Below, one piece after another: positions 1-12,773 of a DNA stretch of 64,000 nucleotides; within the stretch, counting starts at the first letter, position 1; each line of letters opens with the position of its first letter. A program made the position numbers and the translations under genes. The notes under the pieces were generated by a model. That model had not been told where the DNA came from. It did no database searches and saw only the letters and a program-made list of their open reading frames with translations. The DNA is from Octopus vulgaris (lineage: Eukaryota): assembly GCA_951406725.2 (NCBI GenBank), contig OX597829.1, positions 18,538,001-18,602,000 on the forward strand, given 5' to 3'.

Positions 1-37
1 TACTCGAAGCCAGATACTTTTCAGTACCCACTCTTGT

Positions 38-69
<32 letters not shown>

Positions 70-130
70 TTATTTTTATATATATATATATATATAAATA
101 AATAAATATATATATGTGTGTGTGTGTGTA

Positions 131-345
131 CAAGAGTGGGTACTGAAAAGTATCTGGCTTCGAGTAAAAGAAAATATAGGAGGATCAGTTAATTATGATT
201 TCATCCAACATATTCCCCTCTCAGATTCACACACTTATTGCAGCCAATCTTCAGTTTTTTTAAGCCCTGTGAAAGAACTTGGAATCTTTGGCCTCCGACC
301 AGACATTTTGCAATAACCTTGAAGCCAGGAACTTCTCAGCAACCC

Positions 346-348
<3 letters not shown>
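131..348. mobile_element. Mariner-type MITE (~220 bp)
   Basis: Imperfect TIRs caagagtgggtactgaaaagtatctggctt / aagccaggaacttctcagcaacccttc; TA on both sides, embedded in microsatellite. Confidence 0.6.
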
Positions 349-432
<84 letters not shown>

Positions 433-435
<3 letters not shown>

Positions 436-760
436 AAAAAGTGCAAGGGTGCAGTGAACTTGGATCTTCCACTCCTCAAGGGAAGTTTACTGTATCCTTG
501 CGCTTATTCCTATATATTTTTTCAAGACTTGCCAATGCAGAGGTACACAAGATTCTTTCGTATTTGCCTGCTATATATTTGCCATGATAGGTTGCTAGCC
601 ACTAGCGAACTTGTTTCTTTCTGTGTTCCTTTCTGTTGAAGAGCGTAGGCTCAAAATGTTAAAGACTTTTTCACTTTGCAAGTGTTAAACTAATACATCT
701 GTTTGTTGTCTACACCACATGTCTTTGTCTTTTGTTTTTTTTGTGAATTCTCCCCCTATA
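433..760 (+). mobile_element. Penelope-like terminal-repeat remnant with degenerate hammerhead motif (~628-667)
   Basis: Flanked by (TA)n. Contains ccttt-CTGTTGA-a-GAGC-gtag-GCTC-aaaa-tgtta-aaga, a decayed minimal type I hammerhead layout. Confidence 0.4.
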
Positions 761-1109
761 TATATATACACATATACATACACACACAAACATACAACAG
801 GTTTCCACACAGTTACATCAATCTAATTCACTTACAAGGTTTTGATCAGGTCAAGGGGCCATAACAGAAAACACTTGCTCAAAGTGTCACACCGGAGTAT
901 TGAACCCAAAAGTATGTGATAGCAAAATAAACTTCCTAACCTCACAGCTATGCCTGTACACCTACAGGTATGTGTGTGTATACAGGCACACACAAACACA
1001 TGCATGTATGTACATATATACATACATACATATATGTATGTACATACATACGTATGCATGTATATAAGGAGAGGATATGACTACAAGTAAGCTGTCACAA
1101 TACTGTCTC

Positions 1110-1340
1110 TGCGAGCTGGCAGAATCGTTAGCACACTGGGCAAAATGCTTAGCGATATTTTGTCTGTCTTTACATTCTGGGTTCAAATTCTGCCAAGGTC
1201 AACTTCGCCTTTCATCCTTTTGGGGTCGATAAATTAAGTACCAGTTATGCGCTGGGGTCGGTGTAATTGACTTAATCCCTTTATCTGTCCTTGTTTGTCC
1301 CCCTCTATGTTTAGCCCCCTGTGGACAATAAAGAAATAAA
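1110..1340 (+). mobile_element. SINE family B (tRNA head + Nin/Deu-type domain). Other copies approx. 1605-1816(-), 3351-3582(-), 9490-9690(+), 9740-9935(-), 13330-13540(-), 25610-25838(-), 37585-37802(-), 41075-41292(-), 62305-62520(-), 63800-64000(+)
   Basis: A box (agctggcagaatcg), B box (ggttcaaattc) and the central gcctttcatccttttggggtcgataaattaagtaccag segment typical of Nin-domain SINEs; many dispersed copies. Confidence 0.8.
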
Positions 1341-4300
1341 TATTGCTTCCAGTTGATAATTAATTTTTGCATGTGGGGCTTTGTGCTTGGGGGTAGGGTT
1401 TCTCTGGACATTTCCTTTCTTTCTTTGTTTTGGTCTTCCTTCTCAATTAAACATCATTATCGTTAATTTTTATTTCAAACAATTATCACAGCGAAGCAGG
1501 TAAGTAAGAAATTGGCGGGGGGGGGGATAATAATAATAATAATAATATCCTGTAGGAAACCAGAAGGAAAACCAAACAAATGATGATGATAATGATGATA
1601 ATCCTCTCTACTGGGAGCACAAGGCCTCAAATTTAGGGGAAGGGAGTAAGTCGAATACACTGACCCTAGTGCATAACTGGTACTTATTTAATCGACTCAG
1701 GTAGAATGAAAGGCAAAGTTGACCCCGGTGGAATTTGAACTCAGAACATAGCGGCAGACGAAATACCGCTAAGCATTTCGCCTGGGGTACTAACAATTCT
1801 TCCAGCCCGCCGCCTTAATGAGAATAATGATGATGATGATGATGATGATGACAATGGTCATCCTCATCCTCATCATCATTAGGATCACAATTGTGATGTT
1901 AAGTAGGAGGGCACAGAAAAAGGGTCAGTAGTAGTAGTGGTGGTGGTGGTGGTGATGGCTTTGGTGGTAGTGGTGCTACAGCTGCTGCTGATGGTGGTGG
2001 TGGGTGCTGACAATGGTGGTGGTGGTGATGTTGACAGTGGCAGCACTGCTGCTGCTTCTGTTGGTGGCAGGAGTGAAGTGGAGTGGAGCAATAAACGTGG
2101 TATCCAGAATGATGACGACAACGATGACGGCGGCAGTGATGAATTGAATATACCCATGGTGATAATAGACTCGTGGTGAGTCATTACTGCTGATGCAGCA
2201 CTGCCAGGGTTTCTCATTTCCTGGTTGTAATGATGTACTTCGTTTGTACACCCTCATACCTGCAATCCTAGCAAATAGTCAATGGTGGTGGTGGTGGGGG
2301 GGGGGTCGCACCCTCACCTCCATCACTCCCACTTTGCCTAGTCTACAACCGTAAGACCAATCTTTCAGTGACATTACTCCCAAATTCTTTACCCATGATA
2401 ATAGTCACAGGTCATTTGAATCCTTTCTTTTGCTCATTTCGGCCGGTCATTTGATCGTGTCCACGCTGGAGCACTTGCTTTGAAGGATTTCAGTCAAACG
2501 GATTGCCACCAACACCCTCCCCCTGTACTTTTTTTTTTCAAGGCTGGTACTTATTCTATCGGTCTCTTTTTGCTAAAGTGCTAAGCCAGGGGGATGTAAA
2601 CAAACCAACACTGGTTGTCAAGTGGTGGTGGGAAACAATACAAACACAAAGATACACTCATAGATACATACACAAACGTCTGTATATGTATCCACACACA
2701 CACACAAACACACATGTGTAAGTGTATATATAGATATAGGTTTTATATGTATATAGGTTTATATGTATACAACAGGCTTCTTCCAGTTTCCATCTACCAA
2801 ATCCACTCACAAAGATTTGGTTGGCCTGGGCTATAGAAGACACTTACCCAAAGTTCCATGCAGTGGGACTGAACCCAAGACCACACAGTTAGGAAGCAAG
2901 CTTCTTAACCACACAACCATATTAGATATTTTCTTTACAAAAAATTCCATACCCATTCCTCATGCTTGTTTTGTAAACACCCAGCATTGCTATATACCCC
3001 AGGAGGTAGATAGCAATGCCATTCCAGGTGGAACCTGAACTGAGATTTGCAAGGTGCAGTTGTCATAAAGCCCCTAGATCTCAGCTTAACAATTTATCTT
3101 TTATCTTTTACTTGTTTAATCATTAGATTGCGGCCATGCTGGGGCACCACCTTGAAGGATTTTAACCAAATTTATTGACCCCAATACTTGTTTTTTTTTT
3201 TGTAATGCCTGGTACTTATTCTATCGGTCTTTTTTGCTGAACCATCAAGTTACAGGGACATAAGCATACCAACACCATTTATCAAGTGGTGATGATGTAG
3301 GACAAACACACACACACACACACACACAGAACAAGCTTCTTTCAGTTTCTTATTTCTTTATTGCCCATGAGGGGCTAAACATAAAGGGGACAAACAAGGA
3401 CGGACAAAGGGATTTAGTCGATTACATCGACCCCAGTGCGTAACTGGTACTTAATTTATCAACCTCAAAATGATGAAAGGCAAAATCGACCTCGGCGGAA
3501 TTTGAACTCAGAACGTAGCAGCAGACGAAATACCGCTAAGCATTTTGCTCGGCGTGCGAATGTTTCTGCCAGCTCGCCACCTTCTTTCAGTTTCTGTCTA
3601 CCAAAATCCAGTCAGAAGGCTCTGGTCAACCCAAGGTGCCATGCAGTGGGGATGAACCCAGAACCATGTAATAGGGAAGCAAATTTCTTACCACACATGT
3701 CCTAAGATAAATACTACATCAACTAAAAAGCTCTGACCCACCACAGATATATTTCTGGAATTTATGCTCCATTTTCATTTGACAAAGCACACAAACCTTC
3801 TGTAAGGTAACTGCATTGTTAATTAAACAGAAGTTGCTCTCCCTCTTCCCTGTATATTTCGGACCACCAACACTAATTAGACTGTGTCAATCACATACTT
3901 GTAATCAAGAAGCAGAATTAATTGACGTATAATTGATTAAAGGAAAGAATACCGTAATTCAAAAGAGAAGATATGCAAAAAATTTGCTAGGACTCAGAAA
4001 CAGAAGAATCCTTAATAATGTGATTGACACAGTTTGATGAGACTAATCGTTATAGGTTAAGGGGTGGCTGTATGTTTAAGTAGCTTGCTTCCCAACTCTG
4101 TGGTCTTCAGTTCAATCCTAGTATATGACACCTTGGGCAAGTGTCTTCTGTTATAGCCCTGGGAATGGATACAGTAGACAGGAACTGAAAAAAACACATT
4201 ATATATGTGTGTGTTTGTGTGTACGTATGTATATGTGTATGCATATGATGATGATGTATACACGTATGTGCATATACACCCATGCTGGTGTCATTATTCA

Positions 4301-5189
4301 ATACTATTTCAAGATCTCTTGCCAATAGAGAAAGAGCTGGTTTCTAACCTAGATCCAAGGCTTCTTCATTGAAATTTCACCAACATCAACAGGGTATTTT
4401 TGTATGTATGTATGTATATGTGCAGTCAGTGCATGTGCATATTTATACGGTTTGTATATAATAGTTGTATGTCTAGTCATGCACATATATACTTAAATGA
4501 TAAACTTCTACAAAGCTTTACAGATTTTTACAGTTCCACTGATGGTTTGGATCTGTAGTCTCCGAATCAGCTTTCACCTTTTTTGGTTTTAAGAAGCCAA
4601 ATTTCTCAAGATTGGTACTTAGTGTGTTTGTGTGTGCATGTGTGTGTATGTGTGTGTGTGTGCATGTATGGGCGTGTGCATGTGTGTGTGTATTCTTGTT
4701 TAGACATTACAGGATGATTGTAAATGAGCATCATCATGAAACAAGGGAGGTTGTTTGTTTCCAGTCTACCCATAAAAAAAAAAAACGTCTGGCCATGGTA
4801 AGATATTACATTGCATGAAAAAAGGCAGTGGTTGGTGACAGGAAGAGCATCTAACTGTAAGAAATCTGCCCTGATAAACTGCCTGACCCATGCAAACATG
4901 AGGGAAATGGAGGAAGAGGAGGATCCTTCTTTAAAATAAGAAACAAAAATTGGTTTCAAATTTTGGCACTAGGCCAACAAGTGTGAGGGAGATGATAAGT
5001 CGATTACATCAACCCGAGTGTATCACTGGTACTTAATTTATCGACGCCCCCACCACCACCACCAAATAAAAAAAGATGACAGGCAAAGCTGACCTCAGCA
5101 GAATTTGAACTCAATGTCCAAGATGGATGAAATGTCACTGAGCGTTTTGTCCAACCTGATAACGATTCTGTCAGCTCACCACCATAAGG

Positions 5190-5660
5190 ACAGCTGCATA
5201 AAGAAGTGCTGAGCTCTAAATGTGGAAGGGATAGACCTAGGAAAACGTGGGACAAAGTAGTGAGAATGAATCTTTGTACGCTGGACCTGACTGAGGAAAT
5301 GACAAGGGACTGGGAGATGTGGCGATTTGTTTTATTTGATAAGACATGTCAAGCTTAGTAAAACTTCTATCTTCCCACAAATACGGGTTTGCCCTTTCAA
5401 GGTGCTGGTGCCACTTAAAAACCACCCATGCTGGTGCTGTGTTAATGCACACTTGCTGGCGCTGCATAAACACACCCGTAATGGTGTCGCATAAAAATCA
5501 CCCGATACACTCTGCTAAGTGGTAGGCATTAGGAAGGGCATTCAGCCATAGAAACCATGTCACAACAGACAGCTGTGGCTTGGGGAGCTCCCTGCTAACT
5601 GGCTCCATGTCAAACTGTCCAACCCATACCAGCATGGAATACAGAAGTTAAACGATGATA
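5190..5660 (+). mobile_element. RTE-clade LINE 3' end (ORF C-terminus + 3'UTR). Related pieces approx. 13785-14050(+), 21835-22110(-), 23013-23480(-), 33055-33510(-), 34160-34410(+), 42253-42730(-), 46960-47280(-), 51100-51545(+), 54895-55130(-)
   Basis: Translates CGRDRPRKTWDKVVR…MTRDWEMWRF; the 33290-33510 copy gives YGHVMRMDENSCVK…GTCGRGRPRKT. Shared 3' end ggcattaggaagggcatccagc…catgccagcatggaaagcggacgttaaa(tga)n. Confidence 0.75.
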
Positions 5661-6099
5661 AATTAAGGAAATTAAGGTAGGAAATTTTACATCAATGTTT
5701 GAAGTAGAAGTTTAGCCATATAAGATGATATGGCCAATAGAATTCTTTTGATATATTTTTTAACTGGTTTAGTATGTCACATCATGAGCAATACTTATTT
5801 TATACCTAAGTCCATTCTCCTGTGCTTATTCTCTCAGTTTCTTTTTGTCAAACTGCTCAGTCACAATACTTGCTACCAAGCAGTGAAAGACAAACAAAGA
5901 CTGCACATACAAGCAAGCATGCATGGACACAAACACAGACACACACCTGTAACCTCTTCAGCGACTCCACCATCCCACATGTCCCCTCCCCTATTTCCTT
6001 TAGTCCAGACATGTGGGATGGAAGAATCATTGAAGAGGTAACAGGCATGTGACAATAGATTTCCAGATAATATACATATGTCCCTTCAAACAGAGACAA

Positions 6100-7140
6100 C
6101 GTTTCAGTGAAAAGCAACTTCACATGTCCTTCAGACATATACGCACTAACCTGCTCTGAGTGTCAAGAGCAATACATAGGCTAAACAAAAAACAGTCTAC
6201 ATAAAAGAATGGCTCTGCACAGATTCCAGATCAAAATTCCCCAAAACAGGAAAATAGCATTCAGCCAACACATCGACATTTGCACCAATAACCAAAATCC
6301 AAGATTCTGAATTTTTCCTCTCTACCAATTCAGGGACAATACAATCTGTAGCCAACAAATTAGTAAAGAGACTCTCTTTATTACAAAATACAGACCCCTT
6401 CTGAACACATCTACAGCAAACGACATATCCACCATGGCCTTGAATAACACAAACACACATGCAAAATTTTAAAAATGATACACTCAAGAGATTCCCATGA
6501 ATTCATTAAAAACAGTCCCAATCACTGCTATAATCCATAAGGAGACACTTTTAGGTCACTTGACCATTTAACATACTACTACTATCATACCACCTACATT
6601 CCTTCTTATTCTCCCTTCTCTTTCCCCTTCTTCTTCTTCGTCGTCGTCTTCCTCTCTGCCACCTCCTTCCTAATTTAACTACTATTGCTGTTTAGAATAA
6701 CACCTATGCAAATTTTATAAACAAAGCATTCAAAAGAAATGTCTCAAGAATTCAAATACTACTACCATCCACAACAATCCCCTTTCAGGGCACTTGACCA
6801 TTTAACATCATACTACTATCATGGCACTCCCGCATTTTTCTTCTCCTCCTCCTTCTTCTTCCCTGCCAAGAATTCACAAGAGTAAACAAGAGAGACAGAG
6901 ACAGGCAAAAACAAGGAAAATGCCCCTTGTATTTGAATACTATGCAAATATTCTTTTAAAAAACTTTTCTTTTAATTTTTCCAAAATTTAATTGTTTTCT
7001 ACACTTACAGTTGAAAAAGTTTCAATGACTGAAACCAGTACTGAAATGTTTTTTATAAAATTATTTTAGCATTTTCTATCCTGACTTTTTTTCCCATATA
7101 TATCAACTCATGTGTTCCTTTTCAACCTTCAGCATATACA
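6100..7140 (+). mobile_element. Penelope-like element 3' remnant: GIY-YIG endonuclease pseudo-ORF (~6107-6417) plus downstream region with decayed hammerhead (7008-7043)
   Basis: Manual + strand translation: VKSNFTCPSDIYALTCSECQEQYIG*TKNSLHKRMALHRFQIK…FSQHIDIC…KETLFITKYRPLLNT, the PLE-type IY…C..C…YIG.T…L..R…H pattern with two stops. Confidence 0.8.
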
Positions 7141-8566
7141 CACACACACACAAACATATTTAATGAGCTTCCACAGTTTCTGTCTACCGAATTCACTCAC
7201 AGGGCATTAGCTGGTCCAGGATTATAAAAGAAGAAATTTGCCTAAGGAGCCATGTAGTGGGACTGAACCCAAAACCTCATAATTGCGAAGCAAACTTCTC
7301 AAACACAAAGCCATGTCAGTAAGGAAAAACAAGGGGCAAATTAGTCTTATGTTTCAGTGACTTTGTAATTTGACGATGAGGGTAGAAAGTAGGGTGTTAG
7401 TGGGTGGATATAGACGGAGTGATAGCAACATTAGTGAGCAATTACAGAGGCCTCTATAACAGTGGTTCACAACTGGGGTTTGTAAGATAGAATATATTGG
7501 ATAATATGGTACTTGACGTACTTTGCCTGAAAATAAAACAGGATGGTCTTTGATCATGATAACTGTTAAATCAGGCTGAATTGGGCCTGAAGGACATTAC
7601 TCTGCATTTCTCAAAAGTATATTTTTGTAATGCAACAACATTTTGCAAACAAACTTTGGAAGCTTCGAATGTGTTTCGTATTTTACAGACAAGAAAGATT
7701 GGGTACTTACTCTCTTTTATTTGTTTCAGCCATTTGACTGTGGCCATGCTGGAGCACCGCCTTTAGTTGAGCAAATCGATCCCAGGACTTATTTCTTGTA
7801 AGCCCAGTACTTATTCTATTGGTCTCTTTTGCCAAACCGCTAAGTTACGGGGACGTAAACACACCAGCATCGGTTGTCAAGCAATGCTGGGGGGACAAAC
7901 AGACACACACACATACACACACACATATATACATATATATATACATATATGCGATGGGCTTCTTCCAGTTTCCATCTACAAAATCCACTCACAAGACTTT
8001 GGTCGGCCCGAGGCTATGGTAGAAGACACTTGCCCAAGGTGCCACGCAGTGGGACTGAACCCGGAACCATGTGGTTCGTAAGTAAGCTACTTACCACACA
8101 GCCGCTCCTACGCTTATTATTACCCTTATAAGTAAGAAAAAGTTGTGTCAGCAGATGGCCACAGGACTCAAACCCCTACCCCTCAGATACCAGCCGAGTA
8201 CTCTACCATTAAGCTAAACAGTCCACTTACAACAATCTTCATCAAATTAAACACTAAATAATGTGTGGAAGCACTCCATCGGTTACGACGACGAGGGTTC
8301 TGGTTGATCCAATCAACGGAACAGCCTGCTCGTGAAATTAACGTGTAAGTGGCTGAGCACTCCACAGACACGTGTACCCTTAACGTAGTTCTCAGGGATA
8401 TTCAGCGTGACACAGAGAGTGACAAGGCCAGCCCTTTGAAATACAGGTACAACAGAAACAGGAAGTAAGAGTGAGAGAAAGTTGTGGTGAAAGAGTACAG
8501 CAGGGATCACCACCATCCCCTGCCGGAGCCTCGTGGAGCTTTAGGTGTTTTCACTCAATAAACACT

Positions 8567-8945
8567 CATTTTGGAATGCAACAACATATTTTTGTGCTTT
8601 TCATCAGAGTGCAACTTTTTGGAATCTTCATGTTTCAGAAGCAGTTTGAACATCCAGTTGTTTGCTGGTTGCAGGTAGGCAGAAAGTACCACGATTGCAA
8701 TTTTCAATGAGAGTTGTGAGTGTATTAACTCCCCCAAATGACTTCTGTTCTCGGGAGGTATATTCGGTCTGGGTCTGCTTTTGGATGAAGCATATGGTGC
8801 ATTGTCATCGGCTTTCGTATTTTGACATCAGCTTTGTTGATCTGAGAGATGGGCCAGGTTATAACACTGAAGCAATATATGTGATTACAGATGTGGCCAT
8901 CACATTTATGGCTTCAATTTTGATTCTGGCATTCAGCTGTTTTCA
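8567..8945 (-). mobile_element. R4/Dong-like non-LTR retrotransposon fragment (post-RT region)
   Basis: Frameshifted minus translation NARIKIEAINVMATSVITY…FSVITWPISQINKADVKIRKPMTMHHMLHPKADPDRIYLPRTE…, resembling the clade motif HPK(S/A)D..RLYLPR.EGGRGL. Confidence 0.7.
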
Positions 8946-11143
8946 GAATAGCTGTTAATAGTTAATTATTAAATAAAACATTATAATTATTTTTTTTTGT
9001 TCTTTTGACCAGGATATCAGATGTTGCTACACATCGCTGGTCACAATGCGCTTCGCATTGTTTTAGCCTTCAAATGACGCCACCCCGCTGGCTAAGTGAG
9101 CAGGCCAACAGAAGAAAGAGTCTGAGAAAGTTGAGGTGAAAGAGTACAGCAGGGATCGCCACCACCCCCTGCCGGAGCCTCATGGAGCTTTAGGTGTTTT
9201 TGCTCAATAAACACTCACAACGCCTGGTCTGGGAATCGAAACCGTGATCCTACAACCGCGAATCCGCTGCCCTAATCATTGGGCCATTGCACCTCTGCAT
9301 TATAATTAATAGCATTTTGTCTCGTCTCTACATCCTGAGTTCAAATTTCCCCAAGGTTGATTTTGTCTTTCATTCTTTCAAGGCCAATGAAATAAGTACC
9401 AGTTATGCACTGGGGTTGATGTAATTGATTAAACCCTTCTCCCATAATTTCAGGCCTTGTGCCTATATTAGAAACAATTATTATCATTCAAGCTGGTAGA
9501 ATCGTTAGCACACTGGGCAATATGCTTAGCACCGTTTCATCCACCTTTATATTCTGAGTTCAAATTCTGCCAAGGTTAACTTTGCCTTTCATCCTATCAG
9601 GATCAATAAAATAAGTACCAGTTGAATGTTGGGGCTGATGTAATCAACTTAATCTCTACCATGAAATTGCTGGTCTTGTACCAAAATTTGAAATCATTGT
9701 TGTTGTTATTATAATTATTATTATTATTATAATTATTCTTTTCTACTCTAGACACAAGGTCCGAAATTTTTGGGGTGTGTGTGGGGGGGGGGGGCAGTCG
9801 ACTAGATTGACCCCAGTACACAACTGGTACTTAATTTATTGCCCCCAAAAGGATGAAAGTCAAAGTTGACCTCAGAACAAAAAGACAGACTGCTAAGCAT
9901 TTTATCCGGCATGCTAACGTTTCTGCAAGCTCGCCGCGGCCACCACCACCACCACCACCATCACCATCACCATCACCATCATCATCATCATCATCATTAT
10001 CATTAAGTGTGAGAGGCCAGATCTGGTTTGTATGAACATAAAACAGGTACAATATTTAGGCTGGATACAGCTGATTTAACCCTTTAAGTGATCAGATTAC
10101 TCTTTCAAATGTAATGCTTATATATTCACACTGTTATGAACTAATCTTGCATTATCTCATAGCTTTAAGATTTTGGTGATGTCATCATCATCGTTTAATG
10201 TCCGCTTTCCATGCTGGCATGGGTTGGACGGTTTGTCTGAGGGCTGAGGAACTAGAAGGCTGCACCAGGCTCCAATCTGATCTGTCAAAGTTTCCACAGC
10301 TGGATGCCCTTCCTAACACCAAAGATGTGAATGTTTATTTTTAGAATGACATTGTAGAGTAGGTGTGAAAGGCTGGATCTGGCCAGTTTGAATATAAAAC
10401 AGGTAGAATATTTGATTTAAATGTTAAAGGGTTGACTGAATGAATTTCACCAATTTCTAACTGCCTGCTAATGCCATGGAGTGCAGTTCCTTCGTCTAGA
10501 CAAAAAAAAAAATAAAATAAAACTGTTTTTGGCAACACAATAATGCTAACATAATTAAAATCAAAACCATGGCGATAAAAAAATTCCATTCACATGGCAC
10601 CATCAGACCAAAGTAGAAGTTTCTTCTTGTATTATTCTAAATACAAAATCAGACAAAAAAAACAAACAAAAACAAATATACATCAAAATCAATGAAACAT
10701 AGAAAAGAGTGATTGAAGCCAATGAGAGGAAGATCGTTAGAAGAATGATCCAACATATATCAGTGTATCATCTTGGCATATATATAAATAACGCCATGTC
10801 TCATGAATGGAATTCCTGAATAAGGCAGAGAGAGAGAGAGAGAGAGATGAAAGGGAAGGGAATGACTAGTGTGTGTGTGTGGGAGGGGGGAATGGAGTGG
10901 GAGTAGTATGTAGAGGGGAGAATAGGAGGAATAGTTTATAGGTAACGAGAGATGTGTCATTCTTCATCATCGTAACACATGCACACGGACACACAAACAC
11001 AAATATGCATGTGTGTGTGCCTGTCTCTGCACATGTGCATGTTTGTGAATTTGGTTATATGTGTGTATAATGCTACTACCCAAGATTGAGTAGTAATAGA
11101 GACTGACTTCTGTACATAATAAAAAGCTCAATAAGTTTGGCAT

Positions 11144-11540
11144 ACTCTTTTACTCTCTTACTTGTTTCAGTCATTTGACTGCGGCCATGCTGGAGCACCG
11201 CCTTTAGTCGAGCAAATCGACCCCCGGGACTTATTCTTTGTAAGCCCAGTACTTATTCTATCGGTCACTTTTGCCGAACCGCTAAGTGACGGGGACGTAA
11301 ACACACCCGCATCGGTTGTCAAGCAACGCTAGGGGGACAAACACAGACACACAAACACACACATATATATATACATATATACGACAGGCTTCTTTCAGTT
11401 TCCGTCTACCAAATCCACTCACAAGGCATTGGTCGGCCCGGGGCTATAGCAGAAGACACTTGCCCAAGATGCCATGCAGTGGGACTGAACCAAGAACCAT
11501 GTGGTTGGTTAGCAAGCTACTTACCACACAGCCACTCCGG
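11144..11540 (-). mobile_element. SINE family A (tRNA head, CORE-like segment, internal (TA)n(TG)n, (AAAGAGT)n tail, ~400 bp). Other copies approx. 2440-2920(-), 7708-8113(-), 11722-12117(+), 12219-12637(+), 15700-16105(-), 18819-19207(+), 20963-21370(+), 28326-28685(+), 30937-31345(+), 32124-32537(+), 35476-35830(+), 43500-43896(-), 49348-49762(+), 49846-50593(+), 58649-58958(+), 59060-59443(-), 60452-60790(+), 61410-61860(+), 62521-62910(+)
   Basis: Near-identical dispersed copies with A box tggctgtgtgg, B-box-like ggttcagtcc, ccttgggcaagt motif, and tail ggtgctccagcatggccgcagtcaaatgactgaaacaagtaaaagag. Source of the recurrent pseudo-ORFs 'MSSNARGTNT…RLPNPLTRLWSARGYSRRHLPK'. Confidence 0.9.
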
Positions 11541-12738
11541 CTTGAATACTTTTTTTTTTTGTTTGTAAATTCAAGAATGTCTCTCTTTCTCACTTTCTCC
11601 TTATCACTATATATAAATATAAATGTTCGTTTTTATGTTATAATAAGAACAATATTACAGTAAACTCAATACAAATGGTAGAGTACATATTCATTATGGT
11701 TTAACAAAAATAATGTTGACTAGGCATAGGAGTGGCTGTGTGGTAAGTAGCTTGCTTACCAACCACATGGTTCCGGGTTCAGGCCCACTGCTTGGCACCT
11801 TGGCCAAGTGTCTTCTACTATAGCCTCGGGCCGACCAAAGCCTTGTGATTGGATTTGGTAAACAGAAACTGAAATTTAGCCCGTCGTATATATGTATATG
11901 TGTCTGTGTTTGTTCACCCAACATTGCTTGACAACTGATGCTGGCGTGTTTACGCCCCCGTAACTTAGCAGTTTGGCAAAAGAGACCCGATAGAATAAGT
12001 ACTAGGCTTACAAAGAATAAGTCCTGGGGTCGATTTGTTCGACTAAAGGCGGTGCTCCAGCATGGCCACAGTCACATGACTGAAACAAGTAAAAGAGAGT
12101 AAAAGAGTAAAGAGAGTGACTTCGAAATTTTGAATTGCTTAGCATTCAGTCTGATGAAGGCTAAGCAGGCTGAAACGTCAAAATCACTGTCAACACTATC
12201 CTTGTCAAAGAATAAATATAGGCGCAGGAGTGGCTGTGTGGTAAGTAGCTTGTTTACCAACCACATGGTTCCGGGTTCAGTCCCACTGTGTGGCACCTTG
12301 GGCAAGTGTCTTCTACTATAGCCTTCAGCCGACCAATTCCTTGTGAGTGGATTTGGTAGACGGAAATTGAAAGAAGTCCGTCGTATATATGTATATATAT
12401 ATATATATATATATACATATCTATGCATGTGTGTGCGTGTGTGTCTGTGTTTGTCTCCCTAGCATTGCTTGACAACCGATGCTGGTGTGTTTATGTCCCA
12501 ATCACTTAGCGGTTCGGCAAAAGAGACCAATAGAATAAGTACTGGGCTTACAAAGAATAAGTCCCAGGGTCGATTTGCTCGATTAAAGGCGGTGCTCCAG
12601 CATTGCCACAGTCAAATGGCTGAAACAAGTAAAAGAGCATATATAAATATAAATATGTGTGTTTGTGTGTGTGTATACATACATACAGTTTATTATACAA
12701 CATATATAATAAACTTCCAAGTAACAGCTAACATTACT

Positions 12739-12773
<35 letters not shown>

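Noticed and set aside
1885-2257. Low-complexity Ser/Thr/Val/Gly ORFs
   Set aside because: Degenerate (GGT)/(GAT)/(GCT) microsatellite with no recognisable domain or splice context.
6197-6487. 96-aa minus-strand ORF
   Set aside because: Antisense shadow of the + strand Penelope GIY-YIG pseudo-ORF.
11316-11663. Recurrent 'MSSNARGTNT…' ORF family (also 18776, 30894, 49322, 58608, 59228)
   Set aside because: Antisense translations of SINE family A, not a gene family.
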